A stretch of DNA of 64,000 bases from an archaeon. Lineage in GTDB: Archaea > Nanobdellota > Nanobdellia > Woesearchaeales > UBA9642. The notes below the pieces were generated by a model. That model saw nothing but the letters and a program-made list of their open reading frames with translations, made no database searches and was not told where the DNA came from. Within the stretch, counting starts at the first letter, position 1, and each line of letters begins with the position of its first letter. A program made the translations under genes and the position numbers. Shown here one piece after another: positions 47,900 through 57,381 of the stretch. The stretch spans positions 1-64,000 of the forward strand of contig JAGVGF010000005.1 of NCBI GenBank assembly GCA_020057295.1, written 5' to 3'.

Positions 47900-48262
47900 T
47901 TATTCTATTTTACATCCACTATTTTTTGCTAAATTATAGAATGTTTGTTCTCCAGGATAATTTGTACCATTGACGTGCCATGTAGGATATCCATTCACAC
48001 CCGCACTCTTACATGTTCCGGGAGTTTTATCACAGTCTACAAAATCTATGTACTGAAACGAATTTCCAAATAATTTCTTTTGAGCCTGACAATGTGAACA
48101 CCATTCTGTACCATACATCGTAACATTTTTCTCAGTTAAACATTTGGCGAAACTGTCGAATTTTCCTGGCGTAACATCTGTAGAACATGCTGTAGTAATT
48201 ACTGTTAAAATAATTAATATTGTTAATGATAACATTTTCGTAGTATTTCTCAAAATATTCAC
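47900..48262 (-). CDS. Exported thioredoxin-like (VKOR-partner type) lipoprotein
   Basis: Lipobox-like TTAC; MYGTEWCSHC..QKKLFG; GYPTW (cis-Pro loop). Confidence 0.8.
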   Translation of the reverse strand: MNILRNTTKMLSLTILIILTVITTACSTDVTPGKFDSFAKCLTEKNVTMYGTEWCSHCQAQKKLFGNSFQYIDFVDCDKTPGTCKSAGVNGYPTWHVNGTNYPGEQTFYNLAKNSGCKIE

Positions 48263-48814
48263 CTACTTTTTATTTTTCTTTTTCTTTCCAAACTTATCAG
48301 AATATATCTTCATCGCTTGTTGAATATATTTTCTTGCATAGGATGCATGCTGTATTGCTAATACTTTAACATGTTTGCCTTGTAATTGTTTATATGTTTC
48401 AAAGAAATGCCTTAATTCTAGTAATGAATGTTCTGGAATATCTGTTATATCTCTATATTTGTTAAATCTTGGATCTCCCGTATACACAGCTATAATTTTA
48501 TCATCCTTTTCATCTGCGTCAACCATATGTATTACTCCAATAGGTCTTACATGTACAATAGTTCTTGGATATACTGGAAATGATGATAATATTATTATAT
48601 CTAATGGATCATTATCTTCCCAATATGTTTGTGGGATAAATCCATAATCACCAGGATAATGTACTGCACTATATAGTACGCGGTCTAACTTCATTAAACC
48701 TGTTTCTTTATCAAGCTCGTATTTTAGCATAGAATTTTTCGGTATCTCTATGATTGCGTTTAATTCTTCAGGAGCTTCCTTCCCTACATGTACATCGTGC
48801 CACGGATTTGTCAT
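48263..48814 (-). CDS. ppa: Inorganic pyrophosphatase (family I)
   Basis: PWHD, IEIPK..KYE, YGFIPQT..DNDPLD, DDKIIAV; start set at MTNPWHD. Confidence 0.95.
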   Translation of the reverse strand: MTNPWHDVHVGKEAPEELNAIIEIPKNSMLKYELDKETGLMKLDRVLYSAVHYPGDYGFIPQTYWEDNDPLDIIILSSFPVYPRTIVHVRPIGVIHMVDADEKDDKIIAVYTGDPRFNKYRDITDIPEHSLLELRHFFETYKQLQGKHVKVLAIQHASYARKYIQQAMKIYSDKFGKKKKNKK

Positions 48815-48876
48815 AGTATAAAAGAATATTAGTAATATATAAGGTTTATGAAAATAAAAAAATAAAGAAAGAAGGT

Positions 48877-49695
48877 TTATGTTAAACAAGCATTATAGCA
48901 TGTTTCTAATGCTGCATCAGACAAATCCTTACTATCGCATTCAGCATAACATTCTCCTATAACATTTAAGTTAACTGTATCATTGCCATATTCTTGTCTT
49001 ATTTGAGTTAATTCTGCGTTCAAATCTATGATTTCTGCACCTGCAGGAAGATCAAAGTCAGAATCACTTACTGTTGTAGAATAACTTTTTGCAATGAATT
49101 CATTTGTTTCATTAACGTCTGTAAATTTATGATATAATAATACTCCTTCGTTTGAGAAACATAATTTTTCTTTTGATATATCATACTCAAATGCATAACA
49201 TTTTGCAGTATTTCCTACTACAGTCATTGTTCCATCGCGATATACTTTGAAACGCGCACTTTCATTGCCTTCTGATGTAATATTATTTTCATATTCTGTT
49301 ACTGCAAAATTTTCTGTAGGATCCTTTACCTCTTCAGGTTTTGCTGTGAAACAAGTGAATTTACCTGCTTCTTTGGTACAGATTGTGGCTTGAGTACCAA
49401 TCATATAAGATCGTGATTCTACGCCTTCAGATAATGTGTCCATACGATATTTACTTTCATTTTTCCAATATGTAGTAATTTCCGTTTTAGGATTTCCTGG
49501 TCCGAAGTCCATATCATATTTTATTGTGTGCTGTCCAGTAGGACCTTTTGATATCATATCTGTTAACTCTTTAAGTGTCGATAGTGTAGAGACAGTATCC
49601 AGAATAGATGTTCCTGTGTTGTTTTCTGATGTACCCGTCGAACAGCCATATAAAAAAATCGAAAGAACCAAAATCATAGACAAAATTATTTTCAT
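48877..49695 (-). CDS. Hypothetical lipoprotein
   Basis: FLYGC lipobox-like signal; beta-rich body; Cys-containing tail. Confidence 0.75.
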   Translation of the reverse strand: MKIILSMILVLSIFLYGCSTGTSENNTGTSILDTVSTLSTLKELTDMISKGPTGQHTIKYDMDFGPGNPKTEITTYWKNESKYRMDTLSEGVESRSYMIGTQATICTKEAGKFTCFTAKPEEVKDPTENFAVTEYENNITSEGNESARFKVYRDGTMTVVGNTAKCYAFEYDISKEKLCFSNEGVLLYHKFTDVNETNEFIAKSYSTTVSDSDFDLPAGAEIIDLNAELTQIRQEYGNDTVNLNVIGECYAECDSKDLSDAALETCYNACLT

Positions 49696-49796
49696 TATAT
49701 CACCTTTATTTGTATTTCAGTCTTAAGGCAATATATAAATATTTCTGAAAAGCGAGTATAAACAAATATTACATTAGGAAAAATAATTAAAAAAAA

Positions 49797-50123
49797 CTAT
49801 CTCTGACTTCTAGCACGAAAATATTCTCCTGCAGTTAAAAATTTACAAACAGGACTCTTCTCGTTATATGAATTCATTATTTCTGCTGCCTTAGCAGTTC
49901 TGTCTTTAGAATGCGCGATCCTTACCTCGGTGCCCATATAATATCCGAATTGCAAGACACCGTATAGGCAAGCAGTCAAAAAAGTATATTTTACGCCTTT
50001 GCTAAAAACTCTCCATCCGAAATCTCCGATCTTTGTGTCTAACGAATTTACACTTGTCGAATCATTATTTTTAGACAAATCCAAAAAATCATCATCTATA
50101 TCCTCTAAATGTTGTTGTGTCAT
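49797..50123 (-). CDS. Hypothetical single-TM protein
   Basis: 108 aa ORF with GGTGA SD and one hydrophobic segment. Confidence 0.6.
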   Translation of the reverse strand: MTQQHLEDIDDDFLDLSKNNDSTSVNSLDTKIGDFGWRVFSKGVKYTFLTACLYGVLQFGYYMGTEVRIAHSKDRTAKAAEIMNSYNEKSPVCKFLTAGEYFRARSQR

Positions 50124-50132
50124 TTTTTCACC

Positions 50133-50870
50133 TTACCCCATTATTAATCTTCCAAGTAACCTATTTCTTGTATTGACAAATTCTAATGTATGAAGATCTG
50201 ATGGGAATGTAAATAATCCTCCATATTCATGTCCTGTAGTATATATTGTATCTCTTCCGAGTTGTCTTCCATATACGAATTCGAAATAGCCTTTTTGTCC
50301 AAAGTATGTATCATGTATTCTTGTAATATCTGATTTTCTTAGAAATCCTTTAGTAATCGCAACGTCATCACCATCTATGCATGCATGATCTAAATATTGA
50401 CTAATATTTTCTTTTGGTTGACTTAATTCTCTTTGATTGCATACTCCCGGCTTATGTAGTGTTTCTATAAACATTCTTCCATTTCCATCTGTTATTGCTG
50501 TTCCAACAAACCCGTTTCCAGGATTGAATATTTGTGTAGTTATCAAAAAGGAATAATGTTTCAACTGACTATAATGCATTCTAATCCATTTTTCTACTTC
50601 TTCAGGATTTGTAACGCCAAATAGGAAATCTTTTTTGAGTCCATTACGTGATGTTGGGTCAAATATAAATAAGCAAGGTTTGTTTTTTTGTATGAAAGAA
50701 TGTATTTTTGCAGTATCTCGTACTTCTTCTCCATAATACGTTTCCCACAGTACTGTTTCTAGACCGAGGCTTTTGATTTGTGAATATACTTCTGAAGTCG
50801 GTCTTCTAGTGTAAGGAATATATACTCCTCGAGCACCCAGTGCATCAACCCAATCTTGCGTATTAGCCAT
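50133..50870 (-). CDS. Hypothetical protein (possible divergent ATP-grasp fold)
   Basis: Long ORF with TATA upstream; fold guess is weak. Confidence 0.6.
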   Translation of the reverse strand: MANTQDWVDALGARGVYIPYTRRPTSEVYSQIKSLGLETVLWETYYGEEVRDTAKIHSFIQKNKPCLFIFDPTSRNGLKKDFLFGVTNPEEVEKWIRMHYSQLKHYSFLITTQIFNPGNGFVGTAITDGNGRMFIETLHKPGVCNQRELSQPKENISQYLDHACIDGDDVAITKGFLRKSDITRIHDTYFGQKGYFEFVYGRQLGRDTIYTTGHEYGGLFTFPSDLHTLEFVNTRNRLLGRLIMG

Positions 50871-50950
50871 GCAATAGAAATTAAATAGCAATATATAAAA
50901 TTATTGTTTTGTATCTACTTTAAAATGAATATTGAACTAATATGATTTTG

Positions 50951-51778
50951 TTAATATTTCTTCACCAAGTATCCGACATAATTGTAAAGTATTTCGGCTA
51001 GCTCGAATGTTAATCCTTCTACAAATGTTTTTTGTTCTAACTTATTTCTGAATGTTCTTAGTACTGAATATGCTTTTTCGAAATCGTTTGAATAAAGGCA
51101 TTTAGAATATTCTGCACAATTTATAGCAATAGTATTTGCAAGTTTAGTGTCTTTTTTTATTCTTTTAGCAATTTGTACAAGTACGTCGCCTGCAGATTCT
51201 ATCGTCGAACATAATAGGAAATGTCTGTATGAGTCTTGCTGTGTATTATATTTGTTGATGAATCTGAAACAATAATATATATTTGTATCTAGTAATCTTT
51301 CTTGATCTTTAACATCTTCAATAGTTAATTTTCCTTTAGATAAATCCTCTACTGATAATGCTAACTGTCCAAACATGTGTCCTATTCTTCGCAATATTGA
51401 GGAAATATCTGATTCTGGAACTGCAATCATACTTCTAAGAATGGATTTTGTTGCAGTATGCTTTTCTAGAATCATTCCAATTAAAAATCTTGAATGATAC
51501 TGAATTATTGATGGATTATCGTGTGTTATTGATATGGAATCATATCCTGAAATATATGCGCCAAGTATTGTATGCCATATCATTGATCGCTCAAATCCGG
51601 TTACATTTAGAGATATTTCTGAATGCTTTGATAATGCTCCTGCAGAAACTATTATCGAGGAGTCTTTGATGTCTAAATTTACTGAGTTTCCTGCCTTTAG
51701 TCCTTTTTGTTGAATCCATTTGGCTGGAAGCGTTACTGTTAATGCGTCTCGCCCTTGTTTTACTAGCTTTCTCTCCAT
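50951..51778 (-). CDS. AbrB/PhoU family regulator (phosphate uptake regulator-like)
   Basis: RKLVKQG..LTVTLPAKW AbrB domain, AYISGYD, helical PhoU-like C-terminus (IESAGD). Confidence 0.85.
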   Translation of the reverse strand: MERKLVKQGRDALTVTLPAKWIQQKGLKAGNSVNLDIKDSSIIVSAGALSKHSEISLNVTGFERSMIWHTILGAYISGYDSISITHDNPSIIQYHSRFLIGMILEKHTATKSILRSMIAVPESDISSILRRIGHMFGQLALSVEDLSKGKLTIEDVKDQERLLDTNIYYCFRFINKYNTQQDSYRHFLLCSTIESAGDVLVQIAKRIKKDTKLANTIAINCAEYSKCLYSNDFEKAYSVLRTFRNKLEQKTFVEGLTFELAEILYNYVGYLVKKY

Positions 51779-51810
51779 AAAAATAACCCCCAACAATCAA
51801 TAAATGCCTA

Positions 51811-51831
51811 TGTTATATAACTAATATAACA
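51811..51831. promoter_or_regulatory. Inverted repeat in divergent promoter, candidate operator
   Basis: TGTTATAT-aacta-ATATAACA between the AbrB/PhoU regulator and the phosphatase pair. Confidence 0.4.
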
Positions 51832-51877
51832 CATAGAAATTATATATTTATATGTGTTTCGCTTATTTAGTATTGAG

Positions 51878-52771
51878 ATGAACAAAATGAAAACCTTAAC
51901 CGAAAAACAACTGGAAAAAATAATTCTAGACACGTGCTACGATGCAGGAAGATATGTTAAAGAAAGAGCATTCGGAGAGCTAGAAACACAATGGAAAAAG
52001 AAAGATGACCCTGTAACAAAACTAGATAGAGAAGCAGAACAAATCATAAGGAAAGCAATAACAAAACACATTGACGCAACAATCTATGGAGAAGAATATG
52101 GACAAAGCAGAGGAAAATCAGGAATCACGATTTATGTAGATCCTATAGACGGAACAAAATCTTTTGTAAAAAAAGAATTCTTTTCAAGCACAAGCATTGC
52201 AGCAGAGATAAATGGAGAAATAATGTTTGGATGCGTATACGACTTCATGAGAGGAATAATGTATTTCGCAAACAGAGAAGGTGCATTCATCACATACAAT
52301 GGAAAGACGTCAAAACTTCCAATGAAAGACATTCCAAAACTTAGCAAACCAGCAATCTACTTCAGAGATTCTGACGATGGTGAAAAAGATTTATCTGAAG
52401 AATTCGATGGACCTTACAATGTAAGAAAACAAATAGGATCAATCGCACTAACCATGGCACAATTAGCTTCTGGATCGTACAACGGAATGATATTATCTCC
52501 ACTAAAGCACGTAGGAACTCACGATATTGCAGCAGGATATTACATAATGAAGCAAGCAGGAGTATACATAACAAACTATAAACTCGAACCATTCGATCAC
52601 AAAAAACCATTAGAGGGAATAATAGCTCTCGATAAAAGAGTAAAGAAAGATGCTGTTGAAATAATAAAAGATAATACAGACCCTCAAAGAATCGCACAAC
52701 TTGAGAGAGAAAGAGAAGATTCTGTATTAAGAGCATATGCCGCTTGTGAAGAACGAAGGAGGTATGACTAA
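51878..52771 (+). CDS. Inositol monophosphatase family protein
   Basis: VTKLDREAE, GEE, VDPIDGTKSF, HDIAAG. Confidence 0.9.
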   Translation: MNKMKTLTEKQLEKIILDTCYDAGRYVKERAFGELETQWKKKDDPVTKLDREAEQIIRKAITKHIDATIYGEEYGQSRGKSGITIYVDPIDGTKSFVKKEFFSSTSIAAEINGEIMFGCVYDFMRGIMYFANREGAFITYNGKTSKLPMKDIPKLSKPAIYFRDSDDGEKDLSEEFDGPYNVRKQIGSIALTMAQLASGSYNGMILSPLKHVGTHDIAAGYYIMKQAGVYITNYKLEPFDHKKPLEGIIALDKRVKKDAVEIIKDNTDPQRIAQLEREREDSVLRAYAACEERRRYD

Positions 52772-53401
52772 ATGGGAAATACGATATATTTGATAAGACA
52801 TGGAGAAAGCCACCACAATAAGTACACAATGCATCTTGTTGGAGGACATCAAGAAGACAGTCCGTTAACAGAACTTGGAGAAAAACAAGCAGAAGCTCTT
52901 GGAAAGAGATTACAAACTGAAGGAATTGCATTTGATAGAATATATGCATCGACAATGAAGCGTGCAAGTAGCACTGCAGATATTGCATGTAAACAGCAAG
53001 GAATTCCACTTGAAAGAATAATTCGTACAGACAGGATTGTGGAATTAAATCATGGAAATGTAAATGGAAGATTAAGATCTGAAATATACACTCCAGAACT
53101 GAAAAAATATCTTGATGAAAACTCGTGGGAATTTAAAATGGAAGGCGGAGAGTCACAGCGAGGAGTTGCAGATAGAATGTATTCAGTAGTTGAAGAAATA
53201 CTTTCTGAAAACATACCAACAGCAGCAATATTCACTCACGGTACAGCAACTAAATGTTTGCTTAGAAAAATTTTAGAATTTAATCCAAAACATATTTACA
53301 GAACATACATCGATAACACATCAATAACAGAACTAAAATATGATAATGAAGGATGGCATCTAGTAAGATTAAACGACATAAATCATCTGAGAAATTTATA
53401 G
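52772..53401 (+). CDS. Histidine phosphatase (phosphoglycerate mutase-like) family protein
   Basis: LIRHGES, LTELG..QA, GGES, FTHG, NTSI, LNDINHL. Confidence 0.92.
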   Translation: MGNTIYLIRHGESHHNKYTMHLVGGHQEDSPLTELGEKQAEALGKRLQTEGIAFDRIYASTMKRASSTADIACKQQGIPLERIIRTDRIVELNHGNVNGRLRSEIYTPELKKYLDENSWEFKMEGGESQRGVADRMYSVVEEILSENIPTAAIFTHGTATKCLLRKILEFNPKHIYRTYIDNTSITELKYDNEGWHLVRLNDINHLRNL

Positions 53402-53462
53402 AATTGGAAAAGGAAAATTATAAAAAGAAAAAAAGAAAATAAAAAAAACTAAAAAAATTATT

Positions 53463-54509
53463 TTATTTCTTTCCAGAAACATACTTGAACAACTGATTAT
53501 CTTTGTCAAGAACCAATGTTGCACCCTTTGCATTATCTCTCATGACTTCTAGGCTTTTGGTGAAAGAGTAGAATTCTGGGTCGAGACTATATGTTTGCGC
53601 ATATATTCTGGTTGCTGTAGCATCTGCCTTACCCTTAATTTCTTCAGCTTTCTTGTAAGCTTCAGAAGTTATGCTCTGAAGTTCACGATTCTTCTCTCCC
53701 ATTATTTTTTGGTATTCACCATCTCCTTCTGAAAGATATTTCTGTGTTATCCTATTCCTTTCAGCAATCATTCTAGATTCTACACTTGCTTTTACTTGGT
53801 CAACATACACTATCCTTTTTATAAGGAAGTCTGTTACTGTAATTCCGTATGTTGCACATTGGTTGTTTACTTGAGCAGTTATGCTAGATACTAATTTTTC
53901 TCTACCATCATAGATTTGGTCTACTGCTACAGTACTCTCAAGTTCCTTGTCTGTTACAAGCATTTTTCTATTACTGCTTCGAATACTTTCTATCGCATCA
54001 CGCTTACTGATTTGCTCTCTGACAATTCCATCAACAACATCATCAAGTTTTCCGTGTCCTCTTGACTCATCACCACTTAGTGTTGCTAAGTAGATGAACG
54101 GATTATGGATATGCCATCTTGCAGTTCCATCTACAAAAAGATATTTTTTATCTTTTGTCGGAACTTGTTCTGGTGCACCATCCCATTCAAGCATTCTATG
54201 GTCGAAGTAGTGTACTGACTGCCATGGCATCTTTACTTTTAACCCTGCACCACTTTCATCAACGACAGGCATAGATACATTTTCTTTCAATACATAGTCT
54301 TGTATCTGTCTTTTTACTTGTGCATTGATTGAGTCTCTGTCTGCAGTGTTTGTCGCTATCGGATTTAATACTACTTCTACAGGTTTACCGAATGATGTTA
54401 TTACAGCTTGTTCCGTCTGATCAAGTCTATACAAAGTACTATTTGCAATTACTAGTGCAGATAATCCTATCGCTGTATTTCTGATTAGTTTCTTTATCAT
54501 GTTACTCAT
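53463..54509 (-). CDS. hflC: Protease modulator HflC (SPFH family)
   Basis: EQAVITSFGKP, PTKDKK, RMIAER, DPEFYSFTKSLE; follows hflK. Confidence 0.88.
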   Translation of the reverse strand: MSNMIKKLIRNTAIGLSALVIANSTLYRLDQTEQAVITSFGKPVEVVLNPIATNTADRDSINAQVKRQIQDYVLKENVSMPVVDESGAGLKVKMPWQSVHYFDHRMLEWDGAPEQVPTKDKKYLFVDGTARWHIHNPFIYLATLSGDESRGHGKLDDVVDGIVREQISKRDAIESIRSSNRKMLVTDKELESTVAVDQIYDGREKLVSSITAQVNNQCATYGITVTDFLIKRIVYVDQVKASVESRMIAERNRITQKYLSEGDGEYQKIMGEKNRELQSITSEAYKKAEEIKGKADATATRIYAQTYSLDPEFYSFTKSLEVMRDNAKGATLVLDKDNQLFKYVSGKK

Positions 54510-55672
54510 TTTGCACCTCCATCAAGGTCTAACTTTTTCAAAAGTAGACTCGAATTACCGTTGCCTTGTTCCAGATAGAATATCTGTTTGGAATTTTTCA
54601 AAATGTCCGGCATCGCTTCTAAGTACATTCTGTTTCTTGTTACTGCTGGTGCGTTCTTGTATTCTGCATAGATTTGTCTAAATCTTGCAACATCACCTTG
54701 TGCATTGTTGACTCTTTGTGAAGCATATCCTTCTGCATTTTGTATTGTTGCTAATGCATCTCCTCGAGCTTTTGGTATTTCCTTGTTGTATTGCTCCATA
54801 GCATTGTTGATTTTTTGTTGTTTCTCTTGCATTGCACTGTTTACTGCATTAAATGATGGTCTTACTCCTTCTGGAGGATTGCTAGACTGCAATTGTACAA
54901 GAACTACTTCTAATCCTGTATTGTACATTCGAAGTTTATCTTGTAGTTTTTTCTTGACATCTATTTCTATGTCTGCTCTTCCTGTTGTAAGAATTTCATC
55001 AATGCTTGCATCTCCAACAACTACTCTTGTTACTGCTTCAGATACATCTCTCAATGTCTTTTTTGCATTTCTTATGTTGAAACTATACGCTACAGGATCG
55101 CTTATCTTGTATTGTACAATCCATTCAACATCTGCCATGTTTAAATCTCCAGACAACATCAAATATTCTCCACGCAATATTGACCTGGCTTTCTCTGCTA
55201 AGTCTCCATCTGTAGAAAGTCCTTCTCCTTCGATAATTTCTTGAAGTTGGTCTTTTGATGCTGTTCCAGAATTTATTTCTGACACTCCAAGATATTCTGA
55301 TTTCACGCCAGGCTTTACTGATCTGAATCCGAATGATTCAGTAAATATTGCCTGATTCTGCACTTCATTTACGCTTTCAACCATTGGTATTAGAAAGTGT
55401 AATCCTGGTTTTGTTGTTCCTGAATATCTGCCGAATGTTTTTTCTATTCCTACACTATCGTTTGGTATTGTATAACAGCTTGCCATTGTTGTCATCAATA
55501 ATCCTGCTGTTGCTACACCAACTTTTACTTTCCTACTATATTTTTCCCAAAAATCTCTTAACATATACTCAGCACTATCTGAGTCTAGGTTGTTACGCCA
55601 ATCATCAGGCTTGGGATCGCTTGATGGTGGAGTCTCATCCATGTTCGTTGTTTTTCTTACCATTGTATTCAC
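54506..55672 (-). CDS. hflK: Protease modulator HflK (SPFH family)
   Basis: PGLHF, MLSGDLN..VEWIVQYKI, IPKARG.A, A.GDVARF, TRNRMYLE. Confidence 0.9.
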   Translation of the reverse strand: MNTMVRKTTNMDETPPSSDPKPDDWRNNLDSDSAEYMLRDFWEKYSRKVKVGVATAGLLMTTMASCYTIPNDSVGIEKTFGRYSGTTKPGLHFLIPMVESVNEVQNQAIFTESFGFRSVKPGVKSEYLGVSEINSGTASKDQLQEIIEGEGLSTDGDLAEKARSILRGEYLMLSGDLNMADVEWIVQYKISDPVAYSFNIRNAKKTLRDVSEAVTRVVVGDASIDEILTTGRADIEIDVKKKLQDKLRMYNTGLEVVLVQLQSSNPPEGVRPSFNAVNSAMQEKQQKINNAMEQYNKEIPKARGDALATIQNAEGYASQRVNNAQGDVARFRQIYAEYKNAPAVTRNRMYLEAMPDILKNSKQIFYLEQGNGNSSLLLKKLDLDGGAK

Positions 55673-55720
55673 GCTCCAATATTTTTCTATCTAATCCTAA
55701 CTCGCCCCTAATTTCGATTC

Positions 55721-55763
55721 AATGCTTGTTGCACCCCCATCGACATAGCTATCGCTACATCGA
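55721..55763 (-). other. Structured leader hairpins upstream of hflK
   Basis: Minus strand TCGATGTAGC-GATA-GCTATGTCGA (10 bp, two G-U) followed by GGTGC-AACAA-GCATT. Confidence 0.5.
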
Positions 55764-55827
55764 ACAATTATTTCACAAAAAAATTAAAAAATAAAGTTTA
55801 TAAGTTTAATTTATGGAAAAACTAAAA

Positions 55828-56130
55828 CTATTTTGTCGATGCATATTTTAGCATCAAAGTATCATTTGTTAATTTGGTTACATCATACTTCGAATTTCCA
55901 AAATATACTCCATCTACTGGTGCTATTTGTTGTGTATCAGTTCCGTTTTTACCTCTGATAGTTATTGATAAAGTACTATCGCTATTCAGACCAAGATATC
56001 TTGTAGGATAATGTTCTACGAATTCTGTTTCTCCTTTTACTAAAGTGTATTCTGGATTCTTATCACAGCTTGTTAATCCAAGCGATAACCCTAAAACTAT
56101 CATTCCTAATGTTTTCCTTATAGTATTCAT
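55828..56130 (-). CDS. Small hypothetical lipoprotein
   Basis: LGLTSC lipobox after a hydrophobic stretch. Confidence 0.65.
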   Translation of the reverse strand: MNTIRKTLGMIVLGLSLGLTSCDKNPEYTLVKGETEFVEHYPTRYLGLNSDSTLSITIRGKNGTDTQQIAPVDGVYFGNSKYDVTKLTNDTLMLKYASTK

Positions 56131-56160
56131 TTCAATCCCTCCCATATTTTCCGATTAGTT

Positions 56161-57204
56161 TTATAACTCCTTATTTAGTGTTAGATATCCGTCGACATTT
56201 TTTGTTCGTCCGTTGTAATTCACTTCTACCGATCCTTTTATTCCGCTAACGTTGAATTTATTGTAGTAGCTGGCGTAAACTCCTGTCTTTTTTGATGAAG
56301 ATTCAGATTCTGTTCCTATTCCTAGATATCCTAAAGTTGTTTTTATTCCTGGAAGTATTTTTGTTGTTGTGTTATTGTTGTTTTTTGTTACATCAAATCC
56401 TAGAGTGTAATCTCCTCTTGTTTGAGGGGGATTTAGATGAATGCTAAAGAACTGAGGCACAGTAAACAATTTAGTGATATTTGTTTGTGATTCTGCACTG
56501 TAAAATTTTTCATCTACATTTTCTGCAGCAGTTCTTGTTTTTATTTGCCAACTTCCATTATTGTTGTGTTTATACCATGTGAATTGTCCAAAATCTTTCG
56601 TATTTATTCCTGTAAATAATTGTTTAGCTGTTGGGAGATAGCTGACACTTGCGAACAACTTGTTTGTATGCATTGCAGTCCATCCATAGTAGCTGTTTTT
56701 TGTTTCGTTGTTCAATGGATCTTTTGTAACAAGTGCTCCTTCAAGACTTGCTTTTATTCCGTATGTTAACGGAATATTTTCTACTGTTCCTATTGCAAAT
56801 TGTCTTGGAATGCTTGTTTTTCTAAGGCTTGATCCTGCTTCTAAGCTGTAAGTAATGTTGTTATGATTTACGGTGCTCATTAAATCTAGGAACAATTCAT
56901 CTTTTCCATCAAAGTTTCCAGCATTTACAAGAATCCCTGTTATTGCAAGATTTTCTTTTTTTATGATATCAGTTAATGATAACATACTTACATCTGTCGT
57001 GTTAGATTCATGTTTTAACGTAACTTTTCCTACGTCTAGGCTTGTCATATGCATAGGCACTCCAGAAGGTGTTATACTTGTCTGTGTTGCTACTGATGTT
57101 TGTATTCTATTTTCTGCAACACCAGAAGTTTGTGCAGTTAATCCTGTATTTAACGCATATAGCATAGCTATTGATGTTATTATATTTCTAGCAATATTTT
57201 TCAT
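56161..57204 (-). CDS. Secreted beta-strand-rich hypothetical protein
   Basis: Signal peptide ending LTA|Q; many alternating amphipathic strands. Confidence 0.7.
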   Translation of the reverse strand: MKNIARNIITSIAMLYALNTGLTAQTSGVAENRIQTSVATQTSITPSGVPMHMTSLDVGKVTLKHESNTTDVSMLSLTDIIKKENLAITGILVNAGNFDGKDELFLDLMSTVNHNNITYSLEAGSSLRKTSIPRQFAIGTVENIPLTYGIKASLEGALVTKDPLNNETKNSYYGWTAMHTNKLFASVSYLPTAKQLFTGINTKDFGQFTWYKHNNNGSWQIKTRTAAENVDEKFYSAESQTNITKLFTVPQFFSIHLNPPQTRGDYTLGFDVTKNNNNTTTKILPGIKTTLGYLGIGTESESSSKKTGVYASYYNKFNVSGIKGSVEVNYNGRTKNVDGYLTLNKEL

Positions 57205-57381
57205 AGTATTCACGCCCCTTGATTGACGCATTTTTGCGTCTTATTTTTCCGTTAATCCCTTTTTGCCCTTTTGTTACTATTTTCTAATAGTAGAATAGAT
57301 AGACAAATATATCAAATATCTGTGCTTATTTTGGTGCAAAAAAGAAATATTTTTATATAAAATGTAAATAATGACTCAAAT

